Below, in pieces: positions 59,785 to 64,000 of a stretch of 64,000 nucleotides of DNA (positions are counted from its first letter, which is position 1; each line of letters opens with the position of its first letter). The notes under the pieces were generated by a model that searched no databases, was not told the origin of the DNA, and was given only the letters and a program-made list of their open reading frames with translations. The DNA is taken from positions 1 to 64,000 of the forward strand of contig JBFMCP010000001.1 in NCBI GenBank assembly GCA_040754455.1. The letters run 5' to 3'. The position numbers and the translations under genes are program-made. Source of the stretch: Nitrospirota bacterium (lineage in GTDB: Bacteria > Nitrospirota > Thermodesulfovibrionia > Thermodesulfovibrionales > Dissulfurispiraceae).

Positions 59785-61365
59785 ATGTCTCCCATACTCA
59801 AGCCAGGTCGCAATTGCTGGGATATCCAGGATGTTGTAGAGTCGGGACTCCTCATCGACGGCCGCGACTACTACCGCGAATTCTACCGTGCTGCGAAAAA
59901 AGCGCGACACTACATCCTCATTTCCGGCTGGCAGTTCGACAGCGAAGTAAAACTGCTCAGGGGCGATGACGAGCAAATGGCCGACGGCGATGTCCGCTTC
60001 ATCGATTTTCTCAACAGCCTCTGTGAGCGCAATCCCGAGTTGAACATCTACATTCTCGCCTGGGACTTCAGCTTCATTTTTATGCTCGAAAGAGAATGGC
60101 TTCAGGAGTGGATCTTCGGATGGGAAGCCAATGAGCGCATACATTTCTATTTTGACAGTAGCCATCCCATCGGCGCCAGCCAGCACCAGAAATTCGTTGT
60201 GGTCGACGGCTGCATTGCCTTTATCGGGGGGATGGATATTTGCGCACACCGCTGGGATGATCGGGAACACCGCACCGAGGATCCCGAGCGGGTCGATACG
60301 GACGGAACCCCCTATACCCCGTACCATGACGTTCAGGCCTATGTGACCGGCCCCATAGTGGAACAGCTCAATGAGATATTCAAAGCGCGGTGGTTGCGCA
60401 CGACCGGCGATATCCTCAGGCTCCCTCCCTCGCTCAACACCTATATCACCGATATACGGCCGAGCGTCGTCATCAATGCAAAGAAAGCGGCCTTCAGCAG
60501 AACCCAGGCGAAGACACTCACCGCACTGCAACATGATATCAAAGAAATCCACCGGCTCTACACCAATGCCATCAACGCCGCCGAGCATCTCATCTATATA
60601 GAAAACCAGTATTTCAGCTCGCAGGCGGTTTTCAAAGCCCTTGTGAACAGAATGCGAAGCTCCTACCGGCCCTTGCTGCAGATCATCCTGATGTTGCCGA
60701 AAGAGCCCCAGGCCTTTCTCGAGAAGATAGCGGTAGGCTATTCGCAGGTGAAACTCCTTCGCTCGCTCAAGGAGATTGCAAAAAATACCGGACACGCACT
60801 GGGCATCTACTATCCCGCCCCTTCTACGGAAAACGGGAATACCACACCCGTCTACATCCATTCAAAGGTCCTGATTGTCGACGACCGTTTCCTCTGTGTC
60901 GGCTCGGCAAACACCACCAATCGGAGCCTCGGCCTCGATGCAGAGCTGAACATCTCCTGGGAAGCCCTTACAGAGGATGATCAGGCCCTTATACGCTCGA
61001 TCCGTGAGGTGCGCGCCGCGCTTCTTGCCGACCATACGGCAACCACAGGCGATCAGTTATACCGGATCGATGGAGTCGTCGATTTTCTCAACCAGCTTGC
61101 CGATAATCCCCGCAACCGGCTCAGGTATAATGAGCTCGAAAATGTTTTTGACAACAACAAGCTGCTGAAGAACATATGGCCCGATAGCCTTATCTTCGAT
61201 TTCGATCCCGATCGTCCGCTCCTCGAGGAAGATATTCATGAAATACTATCCTCGGATAAAAACTCGATCTTCGCGGGGGGGATTACGCTTTTGAAAAAAT
61301 GGCTCTCCGGCAAACAGGAGCAGCCCGCAGGACCGCAGGAGTCATCGGACCGGCGTGAGCCGTAA
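59785..61365 (+). CDS. Phospholipase D-family protein (two HKD motifs)
   Basis: HQKFVVVD...GGMD and HSKVLIVD...GSAN; YIENQYF. Confidence 0.92.
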   Translation: MSPILKPGRNCWDIQDVVESGLLIDGRDYYREFYRAAKKARHYILISGWQFDSEVKLLRGDDEQMADGDVRFIDFLNSLCERNPELNIYILAWDFSFIFMLEREWLQEWIFGWEANERIHFYFDSSHPIGASQHQKFVVVDGCIAFIGGMDICAHRWDDREHRTEDPERVDTDGTPYTPYHDVQAYVTGPIVEQLNEIFKARWLRTTGDILRLPPSLNTYITDIRPSVVINAKKAAFSRTQAKTLTALQHDIKEIHRLYTNAINAAEHLIYIENQYFSSQAVFKALVNRMRSSYRPLLQIILMLPKEPQAFLEKIAVGYSQVKLLRSLKEIAKNTGHALGIYYPAPSTENGNTTPVYIHSKVLIVDDRFLCVGSANTTNRSLGLDAELNISWEALTEDDQALIRSIREVRAALLADHTATTGDQLYRIDGVVDFLNQLADNPRNRLRYNELENVFDNNKLLKNIWPDSLIFDFDPDRPLLEEDIHEILSSDKNSIFAGGITLLKKWLSGKQEQPAGPQESSDRREP

Positions 61366-61451
61366 AGAGTATCTCCTTATCGATGAAACGGCTGCCGAAG
61401 TGCAGGACAACTATAAAATAAAGGCTAAAGGCGGGCTAAGTGAGTTCTGTA

Positions 61452-61718
61452 TCAAAATAAAAAGAGGCCGACCCTGAAGCGATCCCCCAGAGGCATACTC
61501 CACTGGACGACGGCATTGGCGACCATGCCGCCATCATGCATGCGGGTAAATTCGACGAATTGCCCGAACCTCAGGAAACTATCGCTGATAATGCCGATAC
61601 CGCTGTCACTGATGTCGACCGTCGTGCAGAAATGCCTCTTTCCGGAACGGTCTCCGTAATGAACGAAGGCAAGGTCCGTTTGATACGGTGTCCTTACCTC
61701 TCTTCTTGCCTCTTTCAT
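61452..61718 (-). CDS. Stand-alone PilZ domain protein
   Basis: RREVR (RxxxR) and DISDSG (DxSxxG); start ATG 61718. Confidence 0.8.
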   Translation of the reverse strand: MKEARREVRTPYQTDLAFVHYGDRSGKRHFCTTVDISDSGIGIISDSFLRFGQFVEFTRMHDGGMVANAVVQWSMPLGDRFRVGLFLF

Positions 61719-61838
61719 CGGACATACCTTACCAAATAGGCGCGATAATAGCAACCCTCGACGACGAGCGGGGGGGCATAGTGACGATTATTTCTGGGAA
61801 TGTGCAGATCGATCAATTCCTCCCTTTTGCGAGCAAAA

Positions 61839-61881
61839 GAGCTGAGGAGGCGGGAAATGACACACTCCCTCCTCCTCAGCT
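61839..61881. terminator. Hairpin downstream of dnaK
   Basis: GAGCTGAGGAGG ... CCTCCTCAGCTC inverted repeat. Confidence 0.45.
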
Positions 61882-62007
61882 CTCAGGATGGGTTATTCAG
61901 CTCTTACGGCAACCTTTCACGTCTTCACCGCAATACGGTCATATCCTCCTTGTAGCATTCTCTTTTACCGGTTTGTGGACCTTTACGGTCCATAATGTTC
62001 ATTACCT

Positions 62008-63906
62008 TCAAGCTCTCTTTTCTTCGAACTCCGCCTCATAGACGTTATCATCATGATGCCCATTGCCGTTACCGTTCCCACCGCAGCCGGAGCCGGCAGG
62101 CTGCTGGGTCTTGTAAAGCTGCTCGGCGATCTTGTGTGATGCCCTCATCAACTCTTCGAGAGCGGTCTTGATTGCCTGTGCATCGTTGCCGTCTTTTGCC
62201 TTTTTGCACTGCTCGATGGCTGCTTCGATTGCCTGCTTGTCAGCAGCGGAAATCTTATCGCCATACTCTTGCAGCGACTTCTCTATTGTGTAGGTCTGGG
62301 CCTCCGCCTGGTTGCGCGCTTCGATGAGCTCCTTCTTCTTTTTATCCTCTGCAGCGTGCGCTTCCGCGTCGCGCATCATCCTCTTGACCTCTTCCTCGGT
62401 GAGGCCGCTCGATGCCGTTATCTTGATCGACTGCTCCTTGCCGGTCCCCCGGTCCTTCGCAGAGACATTCAGAATGCCGTTGGCATCGATGTCAAAGGTG
62501 ACTTCTATCTGGGGAACACCGCGCGGTGCGGGCGGGATCCCGACAAGTTCGAAAATCCCGAGCAATTTGTTATCGTTCGCCATTTCTCGTTCACCCTGAT
62601 ACACCTTCACCGTGACCGCCGGCTGGTTGTCCGATGCCGTGGAAAATATCTGCGATTTCTTGGTAGGAATGGTCGTGTTCCTCTCGATGATCTTGGTGAA
62701 GATGCCGCCGAGCGTCTCGATACCGAGCGAGAGAGGCGTGACATCCAGCAGCAGCACATCCTTTACCTCTCCTTTCAACACCGCTGCCTGTATTGCGGCG
62801 CCGACCGCAACGACTTCGTCGGGGTTCACCGTCCTGTTCGGCTCTTTACCAAAGAACTTCTTGACCTCCTCCTGCACCTTCGGCATTCTCGTCTGTCCGC
62901 CCACCAGGATGACTTCATCCAACTGCGCAGCGGAAAGTCCTGCATCAGCGAGCGCCTTCCTGCAGGGCTCGATGCTCCGCTGCACCAGATCATCCGTCAT
63001 CTGTTCAAACTTTGAACGAGACAGTTTGAGCAGGAGGTGCTTTGGACCTGTGGCGTCGGCGGTGATAAAAGGCAGATTGATTTCAGTCTCCGCAGCAGTA
63101 GAGAGCTCTATCTTCGCTTTCTCCGCTGCTTCTTTGAGGCGCTGCAGTGCCATCTTGTCAGCTCTGAGATCGATGCCGTTCTCCTTTTTGAATTCGCTCA
63201 CGAGGAAGTCGATGATCCTCGCATCAAAATCATCGCCGCCCAGATAGGTATCGCCGTTCGTTGATTTGACTTCGATGACCCCCTCGCCGATTTCGAGCAC
63301 CGAAATGTCGAAGGTGCCGCCGCCCAGATCGTAGACAGCGACCTTCTCTTCCTTTTTCTTGTCGAGGCCATAGGCGAGCGCAGCCGCCGTAGGCTCGTTG
63401 ATGATTCTCAGGACATTGAGCCCTGCAATCTTCCCCGCATCTTTCGTCGCCTGTCTCTGGCTGTCGTCGAAATAGGCGGGGACGGTGATCACCGCATCCG
63501 TAACCGGCTCGCCGAGATAATCTTCTGCCGCCTGCTTCAGTTTCTGGAGGATCATGGCCGAGACTTCGGGGGGAGAGTACTGTTTTCCCTTTATTTCAAC
63601 ATGGGCATCGCCGTTTGCGGCGCTTACAATCTTATAGGGCAGACTCTTCCGCGCATGCTCTACATCAGCCGAAGCATACTTCCGCCCCATCAATCTTTTA
63701 ATAGAGAAAATGGTGTTTTCAGGGTTGGTGATCGCCTGCCGCTTTGCAATCTGGCCGACGAGCCGCTCTCCTTTATCGGTAATAGCGACAACCGAGGGGG
63801 TGGTCCTGTTTCCCTCCTGGTTCGGAATTACGACCGGCTCGCCGCCCGAGATAACAGCGACAACCGAGTTTGTTGTTCCTAAATCAATACCTATTGCCTT
63901 TCCCAT
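62008..63906 (-). CDS. dnaK: Chaperone DnaK (Hsp70)
   Basis: [48 protein letters not shown]. Confidence 0.98.
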   Translation of the reverse strand: MGKAIGIDLGTTNSVVAVISGGEPVVIPNQEGNRTTPSVVAITDKGERLVGQIAKRQAITNPENTIFSIKRLMGRKYASADVEHARKSLPYKIVSAANGDAHVEIKGKQYSPPEVSAMILQKLKQAAEDYLGEPVTDAVITVPAYFDDSQRQATKDAGKIAGLNVLRIINEPTAAALAYGLDKKKEEKVAVYDLGGGTFDISVLEIGEGVIEVKSTNGDTYLGGDDFDARIIDFLVSEFKKENGIDLRADKMALQRLKEAAEKAKIELSTAAETEINLPFITADATGPKHLLLKLSRSKFEQMTDDLVQRSIEPCRKALADAGLSAAQLDEVILVGGQTRMPKVQEEVKKFFGKEPNRTVNPDEVVAVGAAIQAAVLKGEVKDVLLLDVTPLSLGIETLGGIFTKIIERNTTIPTKKSQIFSTASDNQPAVTVKVYQGEREMANDNKLLGIFELVGIPPAPRGVPQIEVTFDIDANGILNVSAKDRGTGKEQSIKITASSGLTEEEVKRMMRDAEAHAAEDKKKKELIEARNQAEAQTYTIEKSLQEYGDKISAADKQAIEAAIEQCKKAKDGNDAQAIKTALEELMRASHKIAEQLYKTQQPAGSGCGGNGNGNGHHDDNVYEAEFEEKRA

Positions 63907-63957
63907 TGTATTCCTCCTCTTGGTAGTTTGCCCGTAGTTTTATGATAATTTGTAGTA

Positions 63958-63972
63958 ACAAAAGATATGCCA
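63958..63972 (-). promoter_or_regulatory. Possible sigma54 promoter upstream of dnaK
   Basis: Minus strand TGGCATATCTTTTGT; correct spacing but TTGT instead of TTGC. Confidence 0.35.
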
Positions 63973-64000
63973 TAAAACAAGAACGTGTGGTATCAAAGAC

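Overview
Bacterial chromosome segment of roughly mid-50s %GC by eye. The gene content (atpBE split from the rest of the atp operon, large fused PurL, MesB-type core methionine synthase, RACo/AcsV corrinoid activator) suggests an anaerobe such as Nitrospirota/Thermodesulfovibrionia or Desulfobacterota; this is inference. Layout: (1) 1-2.4 kb is an accessory stretch with an SpvB/TcdB-like FG-GAP toxin gene cut by an IS630-like remnant, plus an AT-rich pseudo-receiver AraC regulator. (2) 2.4-38 kb is mostly housekeeping: GGDEF/EAL, tRNA-Ala, atpBE, purD/purH/purL, radC, mesB-tmk-holB-PSP1-metG, a tiny bS22-like gene, a CoA-dehydratase activase fusion, PIN-PhoH, RACo, an in-frame CysE-CysS fusion and rlmB. 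(3) 38-61.4 kb is a stress/glycan island: two PHP paralogs, hemerythrin, ChaB, an SDR, a 14-gene operon resembling the uncharacterised 'rhizo-twelve' oligosaccharide cassette, then DedA/EEP/PLD. (4) PilZ and a stand-alone dnaK end the window. The most unusual signals are two clan GH-A domains in the glycan operon that are circular permutants of each other (one with its predicted nucleophile Glu replaced by Gly), a PRTase-like/kinase-like fusion ending that operon, the CysE-CysS fusion with an internal RBS, and bipartite inverted heptamer-repeat elements inserted in frame into protein linkers. All calls come from reading motifs by eye; no database searches were run.
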